Shown piece after piece: positions 1-12,995 of a stretch of 64,000 bases of DNA. Numbering within the stretch: the first letter of the stretch is position 1; each line of letters opens with the position of its first letter. Both the position numbers and the translations under genes were made by a program. This DNA comes from Antedon mediterranea (lineage: Eukaryota > Animalia > Echinodermata): positions 26,522,795-26,586,794 of the forward strand of contig NC_092670.1 in the NCBI RefSeq assembly GCF_964355755.1. Direction: 5' to 3'. A model generated the notes under the pieces. That model was not told the DNA's origin. It saw only the letters and a list, made by a program, of their open reading frames with translations, and searched no databases.

Positions 1-973
1 AGAATATTCCTTATGGCCAGGAATCGATGTGGTTATGTTTTCACGGTGCGCAATAAAAAATTACGCGGTCTACGCACGATTTAACGAAATCACGTTTGTA
101 ATCATATCTTAACAACCATGAATCACAATTAAATAAAATTTGGTACTCATAAATTTCAGGGCATAAATCATCATATGGCAATACAATTACGTGCGTAGCG
201 CATGTAACGCATGCGTACTTAGTCGCGTGGAAGCGACTCTATAGTTCACTAAGTCGGTCGGTCGGTCTGTCTGTCTGTCGGTCTGTCTGTCTGTCGGTCC
301 AGTATCACTATGCGTTTTATGGCTTTATGACCTTATCTTGATATCAGTTTAATCTAGCTAAGTAAATTTTTCACAGAATATTCCTTATGGCCAGGAATCG
401 ATGTGGTTATGTTTTCACGGTGCGCAATAAAAAATTACGCGGTCTACGCACGATTTAACGAAATCACGTTTGTAATCATATCTTAACAACCATGAATCAC
501 AATTAAATAAAATTTGGTACTCATAAATTTCAGGGCATAAATCATCATATGGCAATACAATTACGTGCGTAGCGCATGTAACGCATGCGTACGCGCGCTT
601 AAAATTTTCAAAATTTATTTTCGATGAAATAAGAGTACGTTTCAGGCAATTTTAAGGGTTTACAAAATTGCCATGAGTGCGCAGATTTTTGCGCGCGCAC
701 TGCGCGTTAAATGTTATTGCGCACACTTTTTGCCCGATTTCTGTTTTCTTGAATTACTTTTCAACTCGAAATTACGTTATACGAGCACGTCAAATGTGAC
801 AGGCTACGCACGTGTAAATTAAAAAAATATAAATGTTTTTAAACATTTCAACATTTTTAAACATGTTCAGTAATTTCGGTCAGTATAGTTCACTATGTCG
901 GTCGGTCCGTCTGTCTGTCGGTCCGGTATCACTATGCATTGTAGCACGCGACTTAATGGCTGTTGGCCTTGTT
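1..973 (+). mobile_element. Helentron-associated non-autonomous element (HINE/DINE-1-like); complete copy ~219-973 preceded by a partial copy of the same family (1-218)
   Basis: Subterminal inverted repeats AGTCGCGTG (221-229) and CACGCGACT (945-953), GTCG/GTCT microsatellites at ~253-300 and ~897-925, short 3' hairpin-like GGCTGTTGGCC then TTGTT; 1-217 repeats 376-592. Confidence 0.7.
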
Positions 974-1038
974 CATAGTAACTTAACTTTTTGAGGACGA
1001 TAAAGTTGTCAACGACTAGAAATAATGTATATATAACC

Positions 1039-1601
1039 AAAGACCCATTCCTACAATTTGTGACGTTTTGTAAAAATTTTTATTACTTACCAGGTCATTC
1101 CTTGTCTTAAATGTACGTTTTATGGTAAATTATGATAAAAAGAGAGAAACAATGTAGCTCGCGGTGAATGTCCTCTCATGGACGGTCTTTAGGCCTAGCC
1201 TAGCTAGGCTTAGTTTTGTAGGCCTCTGGTAAACATCGGTAATGTACGAACGTCATCATACGCTAGCTATAGGCCTAGTATAGCCTGCATTAATTGTCTT
1301 TCTGTTTTTGCCAGAATCCGTTGATACAAATTGGGGAAAACCTGGTATTAAAAGTTAGGAGTCTTCCATTTGTTTTTGCCTCACGATCGATCGAAAAGTG
1401 GGTGAATTACAGAAGAAAAACGAAAATATCAATCGGCGCGAAATGAATGTATGTTGGGATTTATAGCGGGCCCGCTAAAATTATTAGAATCAAATTATTT
1501 TTTACATTTTTAAACAGTTAAAGATGAAAAAAGTTATCTCAATAGGACCATATAGTATTTATTTTTACATTAAATGTAATTTGTGACCTTAATTAGATCT
1601 A
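1039..1601 (+). mobile_element. Kolobok-like MITE family A, diverged partial copy
   Basis: Clear similarity to 36024-36529 and to the reverse complement of 5387-6013; starts AGACCCATTCC. Confidence 0.7.
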
Positions 1602-1777
1602 AAATATACAGTTCAAATTACACTTAAACATGGAATTTTCAAAACTCTAAATAATATTTTAACTTCTAAATTAATTGTTTAATAAAATTACATTTTTATT
1701 GGCATTGACATGCACGTTGAAGTACCTGTCCCGCTCATGCACATTTGTCACTTTCTGAGGCGCACCCTAGATTAATA

Positions 1778-2912
1778 ATTCACACAGCACAAAGTCCCAT
1801 TTCCAGTTGATTTTCTAGTTTACAATACAAATATTTCAAAGTAAAGGAATAATCTGTGTATATAAAAATCAATGGCCATAAATAGTTCCGAATTGTATTG
1901 TTGACAATTTGTTTGTTAGAGGCCGGGAAGCGATTTTTTTTAGTACAGAAGTTGGGGGCCACTTATGTGAAAGATAGCCGAACTACTTCCTAAATATAAC
2001 TAAACCTATACCCTCTAAGTAATCTCTCTCACTATAATGTAAAAAGAACTTGCTCATCGGATTTGAACTCCATACATCGACATGTAAAGTCCATAGTCTA
2101 TATCCACTCGACTACACAGATGGCTCGACAGAAAACCTTTGTATTAGCAAATTGTAGTTAGCTCATTTCTTACGTCACACCTGAATATTCATGTTTATTT
2201 TGTGACGTCTCATGAGGGGTCCCCAAGTTAACACGGGCTACTGGTAGACCATAATTACAAAAGTAAGTAGCAAGTACTTAACAAATCTCCCATACAAAAA
2301 AATTGCAAAATATCAAAAACAGTGAAATAAAAATAAAATGTAAATGAATAAACTTAACAATTCGTGTTTCTACACCAATGTGTTTTTAATTTGATTTTTT
2401 ATTTTATCTCTAATGTATGTATCAAATAATTAATACACCACGAAAAACACCCATAAATTGGCATTTTATACTTTCGTTATGTGTTTGTGTGCATCATCAT
2501 TCACACAGCACAATTTTTCTTTAGTGTCTTTTATTCTCAGTCAAAAGTAAAGTATAAAGTTCCACTGTACTATTGCTTACATTTTTTAGCCTACCGTACT
2601 TATATTTTAAAGTGAAGGGATAGTGTATAACAAACCAATGGCTGTAAATACAGTAGTTCCGAATTTTATTTGTGATACAATTTGTTTTTATTTTAATAAT
2701 TTGTCAAAGTACTTTTATCAGAGTGCGCTGTTATTATACTTGCCCATGTATATAACTACATATTAAGGCAGAAAAAGACTTATTACAAAGTAGCAAATAG
2801 GTAACAAATCTCCCAAACCAAAAAAAAATTCAAAATATTAAAACCATTGAAAAACCGTTGAAAAACACATATTATGGCAGAAAAGACAGTGCAGAGCACG
2901 GGTTACTGCTAG
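1778..2912 (+). mobile_element. Helitron-like non-autonomous element with internal diverged duplications
   Basis: 3' end GTGCAGAGCAC hairpin + GGGTTACTG + CTAG followed by T (2889-2913); blocks ~1840-1915/2610-2690 and ~2250-2330/2780-2850 are diverged repeats; 5' end not defined. Confidence 0.5.
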
Positions 2913-4929
2913 TTATTATTATTACTGTAATGATTAAATACAAACATTATTATGTAGCATTTGTACTAAAATGTGAATGTTCATAAAAAAATAGCATCAT
3001 ATGAATAAATGAAAGGCATCTGTTTCTGAATAAATTCTCACTTAAATGTTATTAAAATGAATGTAGTAACCTATATTATATTTAAATCAGTCACCAGAAA
3101 TCACTTGATTTATAAAACACAAATTTTATTTAATTAATTTACTGACTTAGATCATTTATACATATTATACTACAGCAATTATTGATTATTACATTGGCAT
3201 TTGCTAACATCTAGTGGTTGTACTAGTTATCCTAGATTGAACAGTTCCACTTTGAAAACACTGTGCTATGCTGTTTTGTATTCATGAATGCAACTGAAGT
3301 ATAGAATGAACTATATATCTAATGCACTATATTTAATTTTATAAAAACGGCCGACTTTGTGTCTCATACTGAAGTAGACAAATGTCAAAAATCTGCTATT
3401 GCTATGGACGGGTAACCCTATGGACTGCTGCTAATTGTTACAGATTAGGTGTACCATTTTATATAATGCATTTTAACATTAAGAATGGAATAAAGTATAA
3501 ACATTTTGTATAATTATATTTATAAAATATAACTTCAATTTATAAATAATGGAATAATAGAAATTATATTTAGAAACCAAAATCATTTTTTAGGGTGGGG
3601 GGGAGGGGATAGTCGGGTATTCAACAAACAGATTTCAAGGAACATACATTTTGATTAATATAATACCTAGAGTACTTTACCTTTTTAAGAATTGCTTTAG
3701 TGATAGGTATAGTGATCCAAAAGGCAATTCATACCAAGGAGAGTTACCTTTATACTGGTGTCATATCAAAGTCTACCAAGAGTGTTTAGGTTGAACATTT
3801 GACACTATTCTTTCTGGGGGGGGGGGGGGAAGCTTTATTCCACAGACTCCAACAATATCTTGATTTATTATGTTGTATTCCAAGCAAATATACCATATCA
3901 TTTCCTATGATGCAATAATATACATTATGTGTCAGTAAATATGTTCCCTGACCCCTGCTACAGAAATCACCCTGGAATGGACCCTCAAATGAAGACAAAT
4001 AATAAGCTTTTGCATCGGGATGGTATATGAAAGGAGACGGTAATTTATTCAAAACATTAACCTGTGCATGTGTATAATAAGCAAAGTATACACCATTCCG
4101 TTCATTATCGTGACTGTATTTGGTCATTTTAACGTTCGGACTGCAAAACCAGACAGAGAAAAATATACGTCATTTTGAACTTTTCAACAATAAAAAATGG
4201 CTTCTCAGTACAAATCGAATGTATACATGGTGGGTCTAAGTTTTATTTTATAGTCACACTCTAAGACATTACTATAAGGCCAGTTAAACTGGCTTATGAG
4301 AGACATAAACTTATTGGCAGAGTATGACATACAATGAGCCAACATGAAAAGTTAAAGATTACACAGTATTATTTAAAATAATTTCTTTATGCGTTTCAAT
4401 TTTTTTTTTTTGGCAACACAGGTATCTGGAAAATTACAAAATAAAGTTCCAAATCATTGTCAACATAAAAGACAAATTACATAATGAATTGTAGTAGGGA
4501 CACTTAAACAATGATACAATTTCTTTGATCAAGTGGAATATTTCCATATCTATGTATATTTCTATACCACAACCAAAACGGAAAATTAAAAGGGTATAAG
4601 CGATACCCCATCAAACACAGATTGTTAAAACGTAATCAAAATGAATATCAATAAAGTTCCATGGACACACTGACTGTTTTGATTCAGTCTGTACCTTTAT
4701 TTCTCCTTTCTCCCTCTAGAGGGCAGTATCACTCCACTGTAAATTATTTGAATTAAAAATAAGTATCATGTGCATAAAACAAAGCCCTGTTAAGGTGTAG
4801 CCAACTTACCTAAATCAGAAAAAAATTGAAAATTTGCAACTGAAACATTGATTTCATGTACGGTATTATAAATGATGTCCATAAAATTGTTTGTTATTGT
4901 TCTTTCCTTTCCTCATTCAATTCAAAATC

Positions 4930-7100
4930 AAAGGTAAATTTGAAACTTAAAAAGGTGTAATAGTCATAACAAAATCGTTAGAGAGATATTTTGGCAATCG
5001 GGTGTTTCAGTGTGGCAGTAGTGGTAACTGTGGACTAGGTATTGGGTTGGCCATTGGTTCTGGTTGTCATCATCATAGTTACTACAGTATTTCCATTTGT
5101 TCGGTTGGATCTTTGTTATTTTTTAGACACTAGGTTTTCTTGAAAAGGGATGAATTACTTGCTACTGTGCGATGGCTATTCGACACTGTAATCATGGTAC
5201 CTTGACATTTGTGACTGTATGTCTGGGTGTGGTGGTGGCTGCGCATTGATTTTTCTCTTATTAGTAATACAGTGTCACCGGCATGAAAGTGTTTTGTTTT
5301 GAAGGATTCCTTCTTTTGAGCATTTTATTTCATCTGATATTTTGACTTCTTATCACGCCATGTGGGGTTGCTCTGTAGTTTCTAAAAGCCCCATTCCCTA
5401 CGTTTTTTAGATCTAATTTAAGATCACAAACTATATTTAATGTAAAAATAATACTATATGGTCCTATTGCGATAACTTTTTTCGTCTTTAAACGGTTAAA
5501 AATGTGAAAAATAAGTCGATTCTAATAATTATAGCGGCCCGCTATAAATCCCAAAATGCATTGCGCGCGGATTGATATTTTTGTTTTTCACCTGTAATTC
5601 GCCCACTTTTCGATCGATCGTGAGGCCAAAACAAATGGAAGACTCCTAACTTTTCAGCGAAAATACCGGGTTTTCCCAAATTTGTATCAACGGAGTCTGG
5701 CAAAAATAGAAAGACAATTAATGCAGCAACTATACAACGTCAGGCTAGGTATATAGCTCGCGTACGATGTTCGTACGTTACCGATGTTTACCAGCTTGGC
5801 CTACAAAACTAAGCCTAGCCTAGGCTAGGCCTAAGACCGTCCACGAGAGGTCGATCGCCGCGAGCTACTTAGGTAGTGCATTGTTTCTCACTTTTTATCA
5901 TAATTTACCATAAAACGTACATTTAAGACAAGGAATGACATGGTTTAATGTTTTTAAAGTGATATATATGTATTATTTTCCAAAAAACGTCCAAAATTGC
6001 AGGGAAGGGGTCTTTAAGTATTTGTTCAGTGCTTAGTACTTGTCTCCAGGCTTAGTACTTGTCTCCAGTTTTGTTGTTCTGTGGTGGCTGTACGGTACAG
6101 CTTTATCAGGTTTAACATTATTCGTTCTATTTCACCGATTCCTGGAAACCAAACTCATGAAATGTGTTGTTTCCTTTTAATTACCCCTTGATGACCTTCA
6201 TGTGCGATATCGATTACTTTTTGTCGCAATGTCTTAAGGAATTACTACTCGATGGTCGCATAGCAGTATGTTCTTATCTGTGCTAATGCTAAGTTGGTGT
6301 CCAAGTTTGTAGAGGCTGTCTTTTTCTTTCTTTGGTGTTGCTAAAGATTCATTTTGAACTTTGTGCCATTTGTTGTGTTGGGTGGCCCAGATGCATTGTT
6401 GAAAAGGGTTGTCGTTCTATTTCTTCTATAGTGACTCCGAGTGTTCTTGGAAGTGCATTTGATGTGATCAGGTCTGCTGTATTTTCTTCTCTACTGGATG
6501 TTTGAGTTGTTGGTAGTGGATGTCGTGACATGTAGTCTGCGGGATTTGTTTTTCCAGGCTGATATGTCATACTGCATTCATAATCTTGTAGTTTCATAAG
6601 CCATCGCTCTATGCATAGGGGTGATTTTGAGGATGCTTTGTTAAACATAAGTAGTGTTCGATGGTCTGTGACAACAATAAATCTGCCACCATATACTGTA
6701 TGTGCAAGTGATTGCCAGGGCTTCCCGTTCAGTTTGTGAGTAGTGCTGTTCAATTGCGATCAATGATCTGCTGGCTAATGCTACTATGGCGGAAGTGTTA
6801 CCATTGTGCTTAATGATCATGGCACCGAAACCTACGGGCTGGCATCTACAACCAGTTCTGTACGGACTGCCGGATGTATGTTAATTTGCAGTGTTCTGTG
6901 ATTGTGTTTTTGATTTCTTGGAGGGCCTTAATGTGTGGTTCTTCCTAAGTCCATTGTGAGTTGATTTTAGTGAGCAAGCGGAGCAGGTTCGGATATAATG
7001 GCCAGTTTTGGTATGAATCGTGAGCAGTATGTAGCAAGGCCCAAGAAGCATTCTGAATTGCTTTCACTTTGTCTGGGCTTGGTGATAATCCGCCCCTTGC
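4930..7100 (-). mobile_element. pol: Decayed Ty3/Gypsy pol fragment (RT end, RNase H, integrase)
   Basis: Minus-strand motifs GLSPSPDKVKAI, VVTDHR...ERWLMKLQDY...YQPGKTNPADYMSR (ORF 6349-6753), IAHEGHQG, KYLRNYRATPH across the MITE insertion; many frameshifts. Confidence 0.85.
5387..6013 (-). mobile_element. Kolobok-like MITE family A, full-length, inserted in Gypsy integrase
   Basis: Imperfect TIRs AGCCCCATTCCCTAC / GCAGGGAAGGGGTCT; flanks TAAA (5383-86) and TTAA (6014-17); removal restores the KYLRNYRATPH frame. Confidence 0.8.
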
Positions 7101-8245
7101 GGGGTTCGGGGTTAGGAGCCAGAACATTTTAGCATTATTTAATCAATGGGAGTGATCTCTGATATCATTTACCTATGAAAAATTGTAGCATTAATTTTAA
7201 ATCAAATAGCAATCTCTAAGTATAAACAAGAAATATTTCTTTAAAAAAAACGCTGCTCGACATTTTAACATCATTGTTCTTTTGATTAATTTATGATTAA
7301 TTATTAAAAAGATGTCCTTTAATCGCAAAAATACATACAAATCACAGATAGTTCTTTAATTATGAATCACATGCCCATTTTTTCACTAGTTAATTGTATA
7401 CACAGCATTTGAAAGAAGACATGTGTACCTTTCCAACAATGTATTATTTGCCAACAAATATTAATCTACTATTTCAAAAATGGCATTTAAAAATGGTCAA
7501 TTTTGAACTTCAATGTACTGTAGCCTGTTTGGGTTCGTTTACGGACACCAAGTATCCAGATAACTTGTCATCTTTTGGGGCGTTAATCATGCCTTAACGA
7601 TCCTTAATGGCTTTTTTTAGTACAACCACCTGGGTTATCCGGACAAACCCCAGCCCGACAAATTTGGAGGGTTCGCTTGTCCTCAGGGGAGTTGAAGGCG
7701 ACCTTGCTGGATTAAACAATGTATTTTATAAGATAATCATGCAAATCAGGTTGAAAATAAGGCCATGAGTAGCCGGATAACTAGAAGTCTGATAGGGATA
7801 ATTTTGATTTAGCCTTGTCAGGAGAGACCTCAGGCATATCCAGATACTTTAAAAGGTTCATAAACACAACCTTTGTGTGTGACCTTAACCTCTAGGCATG
7901 CAACTGAATACCCTCTAGAGACAATGTGACTTCAAGGTGGTACAGTGAGAAAATTCTTCCCAGTCTGTTGATTCGCGTCAACCAATCAAAGGGCAAGAAT
8001 CCAAAATCGTTCAACCGTGAGCCCTCATAGACTCTCTTTTCCCAGACGGTTTTTTGGGTCCAGCAGCTGGGACCTATAAATTATAGTCGAGTTTACAAAT
8101 TCGCAAAACTGTCAGCATTAGATACTAAAGCTACCGCTATGAAACAGCTTATTAATGAATTTGTCCTCCTGGGACATAGCTAGCTAGACCAGTGGCGCAA
8201 AAAATACTGTGCAACAATATACAATACTGTACTCTTTATTCTTTA

Positions 8246-8460
8246 AAGATGTATTGTCCCTTGAAACACAAAAAAATGAAGGTCAAAATATTTTAAATTT
8301 AAATTGGCCATATCAAAGTAATATTAAAGTTATTCACTATAAGTCAAAAATTCGAGCCAAAAAACAACATTTTTACGTAATTAACAGCTAAATCAATTTG
8401 ATTACATTTCGTCTGGAAAATCGTCGCGAGCGAAAGTAAACAAACATTTCAAACCATGAG
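8246..8460 (+). mobile_element. Kolobok-like element end (family B terminus)
   Basis: TTAA + AGATGTATTGTCCC, the same terminus as the complete MITE at 45229; right end not found. Confidence 0.4.
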
Positions 8461-10098
8461 TATACATTATGCATGATGCTAATTAGGATATCGTGTGCGG
8501 CCCATCAATAAACATCAGTGTGCCAAATGTGAAAATGTACCATTCAGTGGTTTTGGAGGAGATTTTAAGCATTAATATAGATTATTATCAGTTTCCAAGA
8601 AATCATGTAGGCCTACTCCTGAAAAACAAATAAAATCGGCAAATTCTCAGCTGGTGCATCTTCCTATATATTAAAAAAAATCATCAAGCTGATTTGAAAA
8701 GGTTGTTTATCAACCCTCTCAGGTAGTTGAACAGAAAAGGGATAGTATTTATGCAGGCAGCTTTGTGCGGTTTGAGTCAATTTTACACAAAATTAGCACT
8801 AAAATGCAATGTAAGTTACAATCATATTATTGCGTAATAATTTTGTTTGCGAAACTTCACTTGTGTGTCACTTTGCATGAATATAAATACATAGTGAGAG
8901 TTGATTATCAAGATATAACTACTCAAAAAAACAACAACAAAATATTAAAATTATCTATAAAATTGGCCAAATCTCAGTTTTTGCATCTTCATAAATAAAA
9001 ACTCTCTAAAGCTGACAAGTTAAAAGCTTTAAATGTTGTGTTTAACAACCCTCTCAAATAGTTGGGAAAAATATAAATAGGGTATGTCAATTACAAGATA
9101 TTGTGTCTTAAAAATCTTGAAAAGTGCAATTATTACAACTAAATAATTGTAATTTTTCAGTTTTCCTCTCATTTTAAATTTCAAGTGTTCACAATATACA
9201 GTACTATATAGACTACTCACATAGAAAGGACTTTTAAAGATATTGGCTCATAAAGTAACTCCAGACCTAAAAAAAGTGCTCAAAATTGTCTGAATATTTC
9301 ATGAAAAACTTCAATAGATTAGTATGGGTAACATATTCATTTCACAATATCAACTTTCAAAATGTAGAAATCCATTTCTAGGAATCTTTTGAGCTACTGA
9401 TTATGGCCTACAAGTAGTTTATATAGTGATTTTGATTATTAACTTAATAAATTGATGTTATTGATGTCAATTGACATATTAATAATGAACGATGTACGTT
9501 TATTAATAGTGAGTACAATGTAACGTCTGCATGTCTGTACGAATTTGGTTCTGTACCCGATCTAGGCCTAGGACTTAACATTGTATTGAGCTAGAATAAT
9601 GATAATTATGTTTTCTATGGCCTTAACAGATTATCATTCATAATTACCTGCATTGTAATTTAGACTTAGCGGTACAATGATATTGATTTATTCTTATACA
9701 TATATTTTCACTGATTGTTATTTCAGGAGTGTGTGTTTTTAGTCTTTTTATTTAATTCATGTTCAATTGTTCAAAGTTCAGTTATGCAATAAACATTCTA
9801 CAACATTATACAGGTGATTATAGAGGTTCATTCCTTGAATGCGTCCCACGACAGTACTTTATAAAATGGGCCATTTATACTTGTAATAATTAAACCTGTA
9901 AAGTGCTTGCCAAGAAAGTATGCGAGTATGAATATGGCAGCCAACGTTGTTGTCTTGTTGTGGAGGATAGTTCTGTAGTATCAAGTTAAGAATTGGTTTT
10001 ATGCTGTAACTTTATGCATACAATGATAGAATACAGATAGTTATACTAATAGATAGTAAATAGCTTACAATAGTTTATGATGTTAATTTTTAATTAAT

Positions 10099-10609
10099 AG
10101 AGAGGTTTCGCAATCTTACGAATACGATAACGAAAACGGATACGTCACGCACACGTATTCGTTATCGTAAGCCATAAAAAAATCTGTTTCGCATGGCAAC
10201 GAAATATTGAGGCGCATCCAAAATATGACTGCGGTAAATTTGAGCGAAGCGCAGGTACGTGTTGCTTGGTGCTTGGCTGCCTACTAGGCCTAGCGTAACA
10301 TCAAAGCGAGTGAGGACTTTGAAAACTGCTATTTATCAAAATTGACTTGGCATTTTAGTAAATTACTTTAGTAAATTACTTTCAATAAATCTATAATTAT
10401 ATTATAATCATGAATCATTCCTGATTCAAATGCAAAATGTGCAAAATAGATCAAAAACTATACTCGTTTTGTAGTTACGAATATGACTGGTGATATTCGT
10501 CAACACGAATACGCTTTACGAATATGAAATGGGGATCAGCTCAAAAGTTTCACAAATGTATGACGTATCCGTTTTCGTTATCGTATTTGTAAGGTTGCGA
10601 AACCTCCCT
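10099..10609. mobile_element. MITE with ~50-bp TIRs (PIF/Harbinger-ISL2EU-like)
   Basis: AGAGAGGTTTCGCAATCTTACGAATACGATAACGAAAACGGATACGTCA vs TGACGTATCCGTTTTCGTTATCGTATTTGTAAGGTTGCGAAACCTCCCT; AT on both flanks. Confidence 0.8.
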
Positions 10610-12068
10610 ATTATTATTATTAGCTTACTAGTTTGAGTCGGTCAAATGGAAATTGGTGGTTATGCATAAAATAATCACAATTATTAAAATAACGTTGATG
10701 TAAATATAAATTGTATTGAAGATATTAATGATTGTGTGGTGACACAACGTAAGATGTTATATATAATAATGGTTTAAAAAAAGATGAAATTATCTTTGAT
10801 ATTTTAGGAGACATGATCATTATAGTCATTTGTGTCTTTGGTTGGTTGGTCATTTCCGATTATTGACCCTATAATGTGTTTCAATAGATCATCATGGAAG
10901 CGTTCCTATCATTAACCAGAAAAAGGATAGCATTTGTATACATTAGGGATACATTAATTCCACTACATCATTTGGATTCATATACAATTTACATTGTATT
11001 TCACCGACAGTTATAAACAGATCATACAAAATTTAATTTAATGCTTTTTAAATGGCGTATATAACATGACATCTGGAAAAAAACAACAAAAATAAAAGGA
11101 ACAAAATTAGGCCAGTGGTGGGAGCTAAATTTGGCTACTGCAGCCTAACCACCTAATAGTAAAACTGACTGCTATAATTATTCTTATATTCTGAGATAGC
11201 CATGCAAAATAACCCTATGATATATACATACTCCACCTCGGTTACTCCCCCCTAGCTGTCCCAGATGTACCACAATAGGTAGATTTGATTTTATCAAACC
11301 TACACAATACTTCAATAGTTCTATATTTGTCAATTACAACAAGGGTTTTTTCGATCAAATTTATTGTCATGTATTTTACACGATGGTGGTAAAATATGCT
11401 TCCGATAGATAATTTGTATAAGAAATGCCTTTCTATTTGCTGAGAGGTTTCATAATATTGAGCACTTGAAATTCTGGCTGCTTGAATTGCTTTGAATGTT
11501 ACCACTTGTATACACAATTTTGAGTTTTAATCGTTAGTCTTTCAAGGGTACTTGTACGCTTGACGCTTGACTAATCCTCTCAATTTTTTTTGTTTTTGTT
11601 ATTCTGTAACGTTTTAATTAATAAACTTTCGTTTGGTGCCGATTTTGTGATCGAAACACGGTGGTGTCCAATGCTAGTCTACTGTAGAGTGTGGATGAAC
11701 ATAGTGAAGTCCAGTGGGGGATCTAGGATCTGACGAAGGGGGTGGACACAAAAGTGGCAAACAAGGTGTGTAGCACCGAGCGGGGGTGGGTTTTGGAGGG
11801 GGTGTTCCTCAGAAAATTGTTGAAAAAATAGATGCTTACACACTGTTTAATCGGCTAGAGCAACTGTTTCCATCACATTTAATAACATTAACATATGTTA
11901 CATAATGTAAATTGAAATAAATCCTTCCTAAATACTGTACCGATCTTTTCCGACAAACTAATAATAAACTTTGATCGAAAAACACTTCAAACGAAATGAA
12001 CATTTGGTAATGCGGTACTTTGAAAATGCCTCGATACTGCATGTGTTGTGTACTGTGTTTTGGTGGTC

Positions 12069-12481
12069 TGTTATATATACCCTACAGCCGGGTGAATAAC
12101 TCAATGTAATTTAGTATACAATGATTGCAGCAATCACCGTGTCTATAACACAAATCAATAAAACCCCAAATACACCAAACACTTTTTTTCGGCCGTGTAC
12201 ATACAAGACATTTCATGTTTATTTTCTGCCTATGAAATAATAAAAGAACACAATGTTTCTCGTTTATTTTTATCGTTTATACTGCATACAATTATTATAA
12301 AAAAAATCTTCATAAGCGAGAAAAAAGTTCACAATATTACACTCCACCCTGTACGTACAACGGCGTAAATATTTGTACAGTAGGGGAGTTCCGGGCAGGA
12401 GGTTGTGCACGACGATGGTTAAATAAAGTGAACGGTACCGAGTAATTAAATGTGTTGCATATTTATTGCTTAAGCATAACA
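12069..12481 (+). repeat. 5' LTR of Gypsy element
   Basis: TGTTAT...ATAACA inverted termini, AATAAA at ~12422, immediately followed by a PBS-like TGG motif; no 3' LTR in the window to confirm. Confidence 0.7.
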
Positions 12482-12483
12482 AG

Positions 12484-12501
12484 TGGTGCAAGACCCGGAA
12501 T
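12484..12501 (+). promoter_or_regulatory. Primer-binding-site-like motif
   Basis: TGGTGCAAGACCCGGAAT 2 nt after the LTR end; TGG is complementary to tRNA CCA; tRNA identity unresolved. Confidence 0.6.
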
Positions 12502-12670
12502 CAATATTTTTATATTGATTTGGATGATCTGATATATGTTAAGTTTGAAATATATTATGGTGTTTTTATTATGAGTCGATAACCATTGACACTGTAGGCC
12601 TATACTTACTAGTAATGAGAGGTATTGTTGATCTGGCAATGATTGTTTTCGCCAGGTAGATTGATTATTT

Positions 12671-12798
12671 TTGTTGGGATTCAGAACTGTTGTTGCTGGG
12701 ATTCAGAACTGTTGTTGCTGGGATTCAGAACTGTTGTTGCTGGGATTCAGAACTGTTGTTGCTGGGATTCAGAACTGTGGGGTGTTGAATTCAGAACT
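12671..12798. repeat. 22-bp tandem repeat in the Gypsy leader (~5-6 copies)
   Basis: Unit TGTTGTTGCTGGGATTCAGAAC. Confidence 0.9.
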
Positions 12799-12995
12799 TT
12801 TTTTTGAGGCGGATATTTTCATGTGCTGGTTTGGACATTTACGGATTACGGAATTAACCAACGGCTGTGACTGTTGGATTGGAAACGGCAGTAGTTGTGT
12901 GGTTGTATATCTTATGTAATAATATTTCTATTTATTTATCTTATTTTTATAATTGGATAGGTTCTAAATGGAATAATTGATTTGAAATTGGCAAC

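Noticed and set aside
2058-2118. Functional tRNA gene
   Set aside because: Only A/B-box-like motifs; no consistent acceptor or anticodon stems
11712-11830. Complete hAT-like MITE
   Set aside because: Only a left-end-like CAGTGGGGGATCTAGG is present; no partner end or TSD found
12671-12919. 82-aa ORF
   Set aside because: Translation of the 22-bp tandem repeat
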